A DNA stretch of 64,000 bases from Candidatus Ozemobacteraceae bacterium. Its GTDB lineage: Bacteria; Muiribacteriota; Ozemobacteria; Ozemobacterales; Ozemobacteraceae. Positions 48,159-56,031 of the stretch are shown piece after piece. The translations under genes and the position numbers were made by a program. The notes beneath the pieces were generated by a model. It saw only the letters and a program-made list of their open reading frames with translations, was not told the origin of the DNA and did not search any database. Where the stretch lies: assembly GCA_035388825.1 (NCBI GenBank), contig DAOOQQ010000008.1:14410-78409 (forward strand), in the 5' to 3' direction. How positions within the stretch are numbered: position 1 is the first letter of the stretch; every line of letters begins with the position of its first letter.

Positions 48159-48192
48159 GCCCCCGATCCGTCAGGATCGGGGGCTTTTTATC
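48159..48192. terminator. bidirectional rho-independent terminator
   Basis: AAAGCCCCCGATCCGTCAGGATCGGGGGCTTTTTA. 9-bp GC stem with A/T runs on both sides. Terminates the M16 peptidase gene (minus strand) and precedes the AT-rich promoter region of the 48035 operon. Confidence 0.6.
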
Positions 48193-48199
48193 GAAGGGA

Positions 48200-51028
48200 C
48201 TATCTGAGTGGCTTGGCTTCGGCGTCGAGAACGAGAATCTCGCCGAGGTTGAGTTCGCGGATGCCGGGCTCGATCTTGGCGCGGTCGCCGATCAGCAGGA
48301 GCGTTGCAGGGCCCTTGCCGGCGTAGGTTGCGGCGGCGGCGTTCACCTCGGCGAGGCCGAGGGTTTTCGTTTTCTCGAACTCGGTGACGAACTCGGTATA
48401 CGGCAGGCCGAGCGCCCACAGTTCACCGATACGGTCGGCGACCTTTCCCATCGTGTCGAACCGCTGGGCATAGCCGCGCAGGCGCGTTTCCCGGGCACTC
48501 TGGAGCTCGGCTTCGGTGATCGGCTTTTTGCCGCCGAGGTTTTCGAGCTCCTTCACGAACTCGACGACCGACTCCTTCGTCTTGTTGCCCTGCACCGAGG
48601 CCGAGGCGAACCAGCTTCCCGCCTCTCGGGACGAGGCCAGGGCCGACCGGGCCCCGTACGTGTAGCCCTTGTCCTCGCGAAGATTCAGGTTGAGCCGGGT
48701 GCCGAACCCGCCGCTGCCCCAGACGGCATCGGCGAGCATCAGCGGGTAGTAGGCGGGATCCGCACGCTTGATGCCGGGGAGCAACTGGAGGACGACGGTC
48801 TGCACCGCGCCGGGCTTGTCGATCAGGTAGACGGTGCCGGTTTTGGCGGGCTTGGGAGCCGGGAGCTCGAGGGCGGGGGCCGTTCCGGCACTCCAGGAGC
48901 CGAAAGCCTCCTGGGCCAGCTTCGTCGCCTCGTCGAGGGTGATGTCGCCCACGAAGCTCAGTGCGGCATTTCCCGGCATGAACCGGTCCGCGTGCATCTT
49001 GACCAGGTCTTCCCGGCTCAGAGATTCGACCGTGGAGGCGAAGCCGTTCGACGGCCAGCCGTACGGATGGTCGGCGCCGAAGGCGAGCACCGACCGGAGG
49101 CGACCGGCGAGGCTGCGCGGATCGTTTTCCTCCTGGGACATCCCGTCGAGCATCCGCTTACGCTCGCGCTCGAACTCCTCGGCCGGAAACACCGGATTCA
49201 GGGCCACATCGGCCATGATCGCCAGGGCCGGGGCGATATTGCGCTTCAACACCTCGAACGCGAGGCCGGCGGATTCGCGGCCGGCCGAAGAGCCGAGCGA
49301 GGTGCCGAGCTGGAACATCGCCTGCTCGATCTCGAGTGCCTTGCGGGTCTTGGTGCCCATCTCGATCGTGGCCATCGTCAACTGGGCGCAGCCGGCCTTG
49401 CCGGGCTGGTCGAACAGGCTGCCGGCCCGGACGGTCAGGCTGACGGCGACTTTGGGAAGCTCGGGCCGTTCCACGACCAGAATCTCGAGGCCGTTGGCGA
49501 GCTTGCCGGTCTTGACGGCGGGCGGGGCGAAATCACGGTCCTGGCCGAGTTCGGGGGCTTTGTCCCGGGTGACGGCGATCTGCTCGACCTCTCCCGGTTT
49601 CTCGGGCCGGAAGCGCATTTTCACCCGCTTCGTGTTGTCGATCCAGCGTGCCACCGCAGCCCGCACATCCTCGCCCGTCAAGCGGGTGAACCGCTCGAAA
49701 TCCGCGGCGAACTTTTCGGGGCTGCCGAGGTAGGTGTTGTATTTGTTCAGCATGTCGGCCTTGCCGCCGAAGCCGCCGATCGCCTCCAGCGACGAGACGA
49801 AGCCGAACTCGATCTTGTTCTTCACCCGCTCCAGCTCCTCGGCGGTCGGGCCCTCCTTCGCCAGGCGTGCGATCTCGGCATCGATGATGCTCTCGACTTC
49901 CTCCACCCGGGCGTCGGGCCGGAGGGTCGCCTCGATGCAGAAGTTGCCGGCGATCTCCATGCTGTCCTGGTAGGCGCCGACGCCGGTGCACAACTGCCGG
50001 TCATACACCAGGGCCTTGTTCAGGCGCGAGGATAGGCCGTCGGACAGCACCGCCGCCGCGATGTCCAGCTCTGCGTCCTGCGACCCGAAATATGCCGGCG
50101 AGTGCCAGCAGAGATAGATCTTCGTCTGGGGAACGCGGTCGGCGACTTCGACGATCCGCTCGGCGCTCAGCTCCGGAATCCACTGCTTCGGCCGGGCAAG
50201 GGCCGGACCCGAGGGAATGGTTCCGAAATACTTCGCCACGAGCTTCTTCGCCTCGGCCGGATCGAAGTCGCCGGTGATCGTGAGCGACATATTGTTCGGA
50301 GTATAATATGTCTTGAAAAACTCCTTCACGTCATCCAGCGTGGCGGCCGTCAGGTCTTCCTGGCTGCCGATGACGGGCCAGGAGTAGGGGTGGTCGGGCG
50401 GATACATGTACGTGGCGAACAGTTCGCCGGCCCGGCCGTAGGGAGCGTTCTCATAGCTCTGACGACGTTCGTTCTTCACGACGTCGCGCTGGTTGTTCAG
50501 CTTCGCCTCGTCGAGGTCGTCGATGAGGGTGGCCATGCGGTCGGACTCGAGCCACAGCAGATACTCGAGATGGCCCGCCGGGACCGTGGCGAAGTAATTG
50601 GTGCGGTCGTTGCCCGTGGTGCCGTTGACGCCCCCCTCGCGCAGGTTGGCGCCGGCCCGTTCGACCCAGGTGAAATACTCGCCCTTCGCGTTCTTCGAGC
50701 CCTGAAACATCAGATGCTCGAACAGATGGGCGAAGCCGGTGCGGCCCCGTTTCTCGTTCTTCGAACCCACGTGATACCACTGGTTCACATGCACGACGGG
50801 AAGTTTCTTGTCGACATGCAGAATCACCTGCAGGCCGTTGGGAAGCACATACTTCTCGAACTCCAGCTTGGGAAGGACGGGCCTGGCCTGCTCCTCCGCC
50901 GCGATCAGGGGTGCCGCCGCGACGAGAGCCAGAACGAGCACCAGCCCGGCAAACAGGCGAAAACGGGGCGATCGATTCACGCGAAAATCTCCTTTCCGAT
51001 GGCCGGCCTCTCTTCGCGCCGGCTTCAT
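48200..51028 (-). CDS. M16 family zinc peptidase (pitrilysin-like, tandem M16 units), exported
   Basis: 942 aa. Inverted zinc motif HLFEHLMFQGS (HxxEH). Signal peptide. Two M16 active plus inactive domain pairs, by length. Confidence 0.85.
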   Translation of the reverse strand: MKPARREAGHRKGDFRVNRSPRFRLFAGLVLVLALVAAAPLIAAEEQARPVLPKLEFEKYVLPNGLQVILHVDKKLPVVHVNQWYHVGSKNEKRGRTGFAHLFEHLMFQGSKNAKGEYFTWVERAGANLREGGVNGTTGNDRTNYFATVPAGHLEYLLWLESDRMATLIDDLDEAKLNNQRDVVKNERRQSYENAPYGRAGELFATYMYPPDHPYSWPVIGSQEDLTAATLDDVKEFFKTYYTPNNMSLTITGDFDPAEAKKLVAKYFGTIPSGPALARPKQWIPELSAERIVEVADRVPQTKIYLCWHSPAYFGSQDAELDIAAAVLSDGLSSRLNKALVYDRQLCTGVGAYQDSMEIAGNFCIEATLRPDARVEEVESIIDAEIARLAKEGPTAEELERVKNKIEFGFVSSLEAIGGFGGKADMLNKYNTYLGSPEKFAADFERFTRLTGEDVRAAVARWIDNTKRVKMRFRPEKPGEVEQIAVTRDKAPELGQDRDFAPPAVKTGKLANGLEILVVERPELPKVAVSLTVRAGSLFDQPGKAGCAQLTMATIEMGTKTRKALEIEQAMFQLGTSLGSSAGRESAGLAFEVLKRNIAPALAIMADVALNPVFPAEEFERERKRMLDGMSQEENDPRSLAGRLRSVLAFGADHPYGWPSNGFASTVESLSREDLVKMHADRFMPGNAALSFVGDITLDEATKLAQEAFGSWSAGTAPALELPAPKPAKTGTVYLIDKPGAVQTVVLQLLPGIKRADPAYYPLMLADAVWGSGGFGTRLNLNLREDKGYTYGARSALASSREAGSWFASASVQGNKTKESVVEFVKELENLGGKKPITEAELQSARETRLRGYAQRFDTMGKVADRIGELWALGLPYTEFVTEFEKTKTLGLAEVNAAAATYAGKGPATLLLIGDRAKIEPGIRELNLGEILVLDAEAKPLR

Positions 51029-51156
51029 GGTTCTCCGCCTTATGTACCACCCGGGACTCGATCATGGCAAGATGCCCTCGAACGCGGAAACTCCGCGGTA
51101 TACACGAGAGGCATGCCCGGTGTACAATCCGGTCATACGCAGCGACGGGGAAACGG

Positions 51157-51744
51157 ATGGACGTGACAAAGCGGGAAGAACTGCTGGAAGTGCTGGACGA
51201 ACTGCTCCGGCAGAACTCCGTCTGGCGCGAGGAGGAGCTTCTCGACCGGCTCCGGGAAGGGGGCCATGACGTTTTCGGCGGCTGGCATTCCGCCGATCCC
51301 GTGCGGCTCTTCCGGGCCCATTTCACGCTGTTCCACCTGCTGTATCTGCTCCGGGAGCGGCTTCGCGGCTCGGGGGAGGCGGATCTCGAGATCCACTGCC
51401 TCCGCATCGCCCGTAGAGCGTTGAAACGGCACGAAGGCCTCGTTCCAGAGCTCCATGATCCGCTGCGCGCGTATTACCTCGATCTGAAACAGCTCGAGGA
51501 GACGGACCGGGTCGCCGTCGAAACCCTCCTCGACGCGTTCTGGGGCGCCTACCACCGACGCAGCAGCCGGCTGGACGCGCTGGCCGTTCTTGGTCTCGAA
51601 AAAAACGCTTCGGATGCCGATATCCGTCGTGCCTGGCGGCGGCTTGCCCTGCGGCACCACCCCGACCGCGGGGGGGATCCGGCCACCTTCCGGCGTATGG
51701 CCGAAGCCGTGACGATTCTCAAAGAACACCCTCTTGCAAACTGA
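51157..51744 (+). CDS. J-domain (DnaJ-like) protein with C-terminal J domain
   Basis: C-terminal LGLEKNASDADIRRAWRRLALRHHPDRGGDPATFRRMAEAVTIL (HPD motif). Start at MDVTKREELL. The track ORF begins at 50911. Confidence 0.7.
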   Translation: MDVTKREELLEVLDELLRQNSVWREEELLDRLREGGHDVFGGWHSADPVRLFRAHFTLFHLLYLLRERLRGSGEADLEIHCLRIARRALKRHEGLVPELHDPLRAYYLDLKQLEETDRVAVETLLDAFWGAYHRRSSRLDALAVLGLEKNASDADIRRAWRRLALRHHPDRGGDPATFRRMAEAVTILKEHPLAN

Positions 51745-51792
51745 CTAATATAGAACGAGCCGGTCTGGCCTGCTCGTGAATGGAAGAACGAG

Positions 51793-52335
51793 ATGAAGCA
51801 TTCGATTCGCAGTATGATCGCCCTGGGATGTGTTGCGGCTGCAGGGGTGTACCTTCTGGTCACCTGTCCGTCGGTCGCGTTCGAGGTTCGGGCTTCCAGC
51901 CCGGCCGCGGAATCGGGAGGTGCCAGCATGACGGACCGTATCGTGAAGACCGACGAGGAGTGGCAGAAGATCCTGACGCCCGACCAGTTCCACATCACGC
52001 GGGAGAAAGGCACCGAAGTGCCGTTCTCGGGCGAATACGTGAAACTGAACGATAATGGTGTCTATACCTGTGTCTGCTGCGGCGCTGACCTGTTTTCGTC
52101 CGGTGACAAGTTCGACACCGAGTGTGGCTGGCCCAGCTTCTCCGCGCCGATCGCCGCCGGCCGCCTCACGACCGAGGCCGACCACAGCTTCGGCATGTCG
52201 CGCCTCGAAGTGCGGTGCGCCCGGTGCGATGCCCACCTGGGCCACGTGTTCCGTGACGGCCCCAAGCCGACCGGCCTCCGGTTCTGCATCAACTCCCTGG
52301 CCCTCAAATTCGTGAAAACCGGCAGCTCCCGCTGA
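51793..52335 (+). CDS. msrB: peptide-methionine (R)-S-oxide reductase MsrB, exported
   Basis: SelR domain with two CxxC zinc pairs (CVCCGADLF...CARCDAHLGHVF) and the catalytic RFCINS motif. N-terminal signal peptide. Confidence 0.85.
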   Translation: MKHSIRSMIALGCVAAAGVYLLVTCPSVAFEVRASSPAAESGGASMTDRIVKTDEEWQKILTPDQFHITREKGTEVPFSGEYVKLNDNGVYTCVCCGADLFSSGDKFDTECGWPSFSAPIAAGRLTTEADHSFGMSRLEVRCARCDAHLGHVFRDGPKPTGLRFCINSLALKFVKTGSSR

Positions 52336-52400
52336 TCTCAAAGGCGCAAACGCCCACCCGGTTATCCGCCGGACTCGCCACGGAGTTCCAAAGAACGTTT

Positions 52401-52630
52401 CACCACAGAGGCGCAGAGAATGAGAACCAATTTCTCTGTGCCTGGTATGTGTTTTTCGTCACAAGAACCGATCCGCAGATGACACAGATGGCGCAGATGA
52501 AATCCTCTCTGGCTTTTCATCTGCGTTCATCGGCCCTCCATCTGCGGATTCGTTTCCCCTTCTCTCGTGTTATCGCTAGAGACCCCAACGCCACATTTGC
52601 AGGGGCGCATCAGGGTGCGCCCGGCAGAAC
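52401..52630. repeat. REP-like intergenic element set (second locus): hairpin, identical 42-bp module, imperfect palindrome extension, GC palindrome
   Basis: Hairpin CACCACAGAGGCGCAGAGAA...TTCTCTGTGCCTGGT (52401-52446). 42-bp module 52466-52507, identical to 10936-10977. Partial inverted copy TTTCATCTGCG...CATCTGCGGAT (52520-52555). AGGGGCGCATCAGGGTGCGCCCGGC (52601-52626). Lies between the convergent msrB gene and the 52637 gene. Confidence 0.7.
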
Positions 52631-52636
52631 GGGCTT

Positions 52637-53428
52637 TCAGTGGGCGGCCGAGAAGCCGAAATACCAGGTCGGGGTGCGGTTGAGACTGCGGGCGGAAAGT
52701 TCAGCGGAAAAACGGCTGTACTGCAGCCTGCAGCCGGCGTTGACCGAGTAGTGGTCGTCCCCGTAGTAGAGGAAATCCTCGTCGTCGAACATCTGGGTCT
52801 CGCCGAACAGGGTCAGCCCCGTCCGGAATCGGCGCATCGCTCCGACCGTTCCGATCACCACCCGCTTGAGCGGAACGCGGATCTGTCGGCCGTCGGGATA
52901 CACGGCGGTGTATTCCTGGCTGAACGCCTCTTTGAGCTGGAGATATCCGCGCAGGTTTCTGGCCAGCTCGTCCGAAACCGTGACGTAGACGTGGCGCAGA
53001 TGCTCGAGCTGGGAAAGATCGATCCGGCCCATGTCCCCGGCCGTGAGCTGGGTGTAGGAGCCGCCGAACGCCAGGCTCTTCTCGGGAACCTCGATGTGAA
53101 CTCCGCCGGCCGTGATCCCCGCATCCCCGTCGATGCCGACCGTGGTCGGGCTTGTGTCACGGCTCGATGCCAGGTGCGTTGCGATGAACAGCACATGGGG
53201 ATGGAGGCGTGCGGCTGCCGAAATCCAGGTTTCATGCTTGGTTTCACGGATGGTTCGGCCGCGGATGCTGACGTCGCCTTCCGCGATACCGTGGCGGACG
53301 CTTCCCGTGATCAGCCGGGTGGCCGTTCCGACAGGAACTGCCATCGTCAGCAGGCCGGGCCGTCCGTCGAGACTGACCGGGCCGCTCGGGGCTGCTTGCG
53401 CGGGAAAAGCGGACAGGAACAGCAGCAC
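52637..53428 (-). CDS. hypothetical exported protein (beta-rich, possibly outer-membrane)
   Basis: Signal peptide MLLFLSAFPAQA. 263 aa. Alternating hydrophobic pattern, and a C-terminus rich in Y/F/G. Confidence 0.45.
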   Translation of the reverse strand: MLLFLSAFPAQAAPSGPVSLDGRPGLLTMAVPVGTATRLITGSVRHGIAEGDVSIRGRTIRETKHETWISAAARLHPHVLFIATHLASSRDTSPTTVGIDGDAGITAGGVHIEVPEKSLAFGGSYTQLTAGDMGRIDLSQLEHLRHVYVTVSDELARNLRGYLQLKEAFSQEYTAVYPDGRQIRVPLKRVVIGTVGAMRRFRTGLTLFGETQMFDDEDFLYYGDDHYSVNAGCRLQYSRFSAELSARSLNRTPTWYFGFSAAH

Positions 53429-53475
53429 GAACCCGAGAAGCGCGATTCCCGGGAATCTGGTCGCGATGCGGCTGT

Positions 53476-55239
53476 TCAGAAATTCTCCTGCTCGTAGTTT
53501 GTGACGAAGGTCGTCTGGCCCGCCACGACGTCGACGATGAAATAGAATTTCCGCACCCCCGGCGGGATGGTGAGGATTTTATAGTCTTCGCCATATTCCG
53601 GGGCCGTGTTGCCGCCTTCGCCCACGACGATGAGATACTTGCGGTTGGAAGTGGTCGGATTCAGGTGGGTGAACTTGAAGATCCCGCTCTCGTTCGACGA
53701 GGTGAGCGGCGAATCCGCGCCGGTTACGGTCGTCTTGATCGGCGTGTAGGGGCTCACGAGCGTCCACAGGAGATTGGTGGCGCTCTCGGAGTAGATCTGG
53801 TAGACGGCAACAGGAAGGCCGCTTTCGGGCGGAATGGACGGCACATACCGGCCGACGATCGAGCCCTGGCCCGCGCCCTGCGTGTAGATCATGAAGTAAT
53901 CTAGGCTGGGCGGAGAGGTGGTGCCGTCGGCGTTCACCGTCAGGGCGACGTCGAGCTGGTTGAACCCCTCCTTGGTGAAGGTCAACTGGTACCGGCCGGG
54001 CGCGATATTGCCGAGCGAATAATATCCGTACCGGTCGGTGATCGTGCTCGCGTAGCCTTTCAGGATGACCGTGACGAACTCGAGCGGGCCGGCCGTGTAG
54101 GCGTCGCGAATGGTTCCCGAAGCCCAGATCAGGTCGTTTTCGGAAGGCAGCCGCGTCAGGAACAGCTCCGGCGTGGCCGGCGAGATCGAGCCGTCCTGGA
54201 AGATCTGGACCACGGCGGTCGCGTTGTAGAAACCGTCGCCCTGGGCCGTCAGATACATCAGGCCGGCCGGCAGGTTCAGAAACGAGAACTTCCCCTCGGC
54301 CGTGGAGAGGGTCCAGGCGACGGAGGTGGAATCCTGGTCGAGCAGATCGATGCGGATGCCGCCGAGCGGCTCTTTCGTCGAGTCGAGCTTGACCAGCCCC
54401 TGCATCGAGAAGCTGCTTGGCGAGAGGGAAATGACGATCGCGGCCGGGGAGACCGTGCCGTCCGGCTTGATCTCGACCTGGACGCGTGCTTTTTCGAAAC
54501 TGCCCGGTTTCTGCGCGACGATGGTGTACAGACCGGATTTCAGGCCTGCAAAGGTGAAGGCGCCGTTGCTGGTCGTCGTCGTGGTGAAGCTGGCGAGCCC
54601 CTCGATCGCGACATCGACGCCGTCGATCGCCTCTTCGTAATATCCCATCGAGGAGTCCCCGGCCGAGCCCTTGTTCACGACGTATCCCCGGATCGTGTAT
54701 GTTTTGCGGGTGATGAACACGTCGAGAGGCGGTTGCAGGGCGCCGGAGGAGGCGAGTGTGAAGGCGTAGGAGAAGTCCTCGTAATCGCTTGCCGAGAGCG
54801 AGATCGTGTGGATGCCCGATGGGACCGCCGTCAGGTAGAACCGGCCGTTCGACAGGGTTTTCACATTGTGACCGGCGCTCGTCGTTACCGTGACGTTGGG
54901 AACGCCCGCCGCCGTGACCGAATCGTAGACCGAGCCGCTGAGATCGAAGGCGCCGGTCGTGTCGGACGGGGTCACCGTCGTCGTGGGGGTCGCGATCGTC
55001 GCCGAACCCGAGCCGACGGTCGCAGTTCCCGAGCCGATGCCTGTCGCCGTCGGCCCGGGCGGTTCGACATACGACACGGGAACGAGCGGGCTGCGCTCAC
55101 TGCAGCCTGTTGCCAGGATGGCAAGAGCGGCGATCGACAACAGAACCGCCAGAGCGGTCACCAGGTCGATTGGCCGTGAAGTTCCCGTGCGCACGTCACA
55201 CTCCCCCAGATATAGAGAATCAGATACCTCTATCGGCAC
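53476..55239 (-). CDS. lipoprotein with repeated carboxypeptidase-regulatory-like (transthyretin-like) beta-sandwich domains
   Basis: Lipobox ILATGCS. Several ~80-aa repeats of type ...I.G.V.D..T..PL..V.V.L.G....T...G.Y.L..L..G.Y.L. Start could also be GTG 55194. Confidence 0.55.
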   Translation of the reverse strand: MPIEVSDSLYLGECDVRTGTSRPIDLVTALAVLLSIAALAILATGCSERSPLVPVSYVEPPGPTATGIGSGTATVGSGSATIATPTTTVTPSDTTGAFDLSGSVYDSVTAAGVPNVTVTTSAGHNVKTLSNGRFYLTAVPSGIHTISLSASDYEDFSYAFTLASSGALQPPLDVFITRKTYTIRGYVVNKGSAGDSSMGYYEEAIDGVDVAIEGLASFTTTTTSNGAFTFAGLKSGLYTIVAQKPGSFEKARVQVEIKPDGTVSPAAIVISLSPSSFSMQGLVKLDSTKEPLGGIRIDLLDQDSTSVAWTLSTAEGKFSFLNLPAGLMYLTAQGDGFYNATAVVQIFQDGSISPATPELFLTRLPSENDLIWASGTIRDAYTAGPLEFVTVILKGYASTITDRYGYYSLGNIAPGRYQLTFTKEGFNQLDVALTVNADGTTSPPSLDYFMIYTQGAGQGSIVGRYVPSIPPESGLPVAVYQIYSESATNLLWTLVSPYTPIKTTVTGADSPLTSSNESGIFKFTHLNPTTSNRKYLIVVGEGGNTAPEYGEDYKILTIPPGVRKFYFIVDVVAGQTTFVTNYEQENF

Positions 55240-55337
55240 ATGGGAAGCATCTCTTGAGCCGCATCGGCGTCAAGGCTGCCTGAGACTGTGCCATCCTGCC
55301 GCCGAGGGCTCCCTCTTCGCATCGTGCGCGTCGGGAC

Positions 55338-55371
55338 TTGACGATATGAGCGCATGACGTTATATTAACGT
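55338..55371 (+). promoter_or_regulatory. putative higBA promoter (TTGACG-17-TATATT) with inverted repeat ACGTTA-TAT-TAACGT over the -10
   Basis: TTGACG at 55338-55343 and TATATT at 55361-55366. Inverted repeat at 55357-55371. ~30 nt upstream of the higB start. Confidence 0.4.
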
Positions 55372-55397
55372 TAGGCGTTATGCCGCGAGGCGCAGGA

Positions 55398-55679
55398 ATG
55401 ATTCTGAGTTTTTGTTCGAAAGACACGGAAACCCTTTTCCACCGGGGACGATCGAAACGCATCCCGTCGGCCATTCAGCGTGTCGCCTTGAGAAAACTCT
55501 TGCAGATCCATGCCGCCGTGAGCCTCGACAACCTGAAGATTCCGCCCGGGAACCATCTCGAAGAACTGAAAGGATCCCGGAAGGGGCAACATAGCATACG
55601 CATCAATGATCAGTGGAGGATCTGCTTCCGATGGAGCAATGGAAATGCCCGGGATGTCGAAATCATCGACTACCATTGA
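55398..55679 (+). CDS. higB: HigB toxin (RelE/ParE superfamily, killer-protein type)
   Basis: MILSFCSKDTETLFHRGRSKRIPSAIQRVALRKLLQIHAAVSLDNLKIPPGNHLEELKGSRKGQHSIRINDQWRICFRWSNGNARDVEIIDYH matches the HigB consensus (IKSFKHKGLEKLF...LHALKGDRKG.WSIRVN.NWRI.F). Alternative start at 55380. Confidence 0.8.
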   Translation: MILSFCSKDTETLFHRGRSKRIPSAIQRVALRKLLQIHAAVSLDNLKIPPGNHLEELKGSRKGQHSIRINDQWRICFRWSNGNARDVEIIDYH

Positions 55680-55702
55680 GGGACAGGGAGACGAGGTGCA
55701 AG

Positions 55703-56014
55703 ATGAAGAAACATGAAAGAAAACTCCTGCCGGTTCATCCCGGGGAAATCCTTCTCGAGGATTTTCTGAAACCGCTGCAAATCAGCCAGTATCGGCTTGC
55801 CGTGCGCATCGGCGTTCCTCCCCGGAGAATCAACGAGATCGTTCTGGGGAAGCGGGCTGTCACGGCCGACACCGCTCTGCGCCTCGGCCGATTTTTCGGC
55901 ATGGAGGCGCAATACTGGCTCAATCTCCAGTCATGGTATGACCTCGAGGTGGCGCAAGATTCCGTACTTTACGAAACCCTCGATGGGATCGTCCCCTGGA
56001 AGAGCGTCGCCTGA
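55703..56014 (+). CDS. higA: HigA antitoxin (XRE-family HTH)
   Basis: MKKHERKLLPVHPGEILLEDFLKPLQISQYRLAVRIGVPPRRINEIVLGKRAVTADTALRLGRFFG... is the typical HigA/VapI HTH. Sits directly downstream of higB. Confidence 0.8.
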   Translation: MKKHERKLLPVHPGEILLEDFLKPLQISQYRLAVRIGVPPRRINEIVLGKRAVTADTALRLGRFFGMEAQYWLNLQSWYDLEVAQDSVLYETLDGIVPWKSVA

Positions 56015-56031
56015 TGGGAGGCTGAGTTCGT

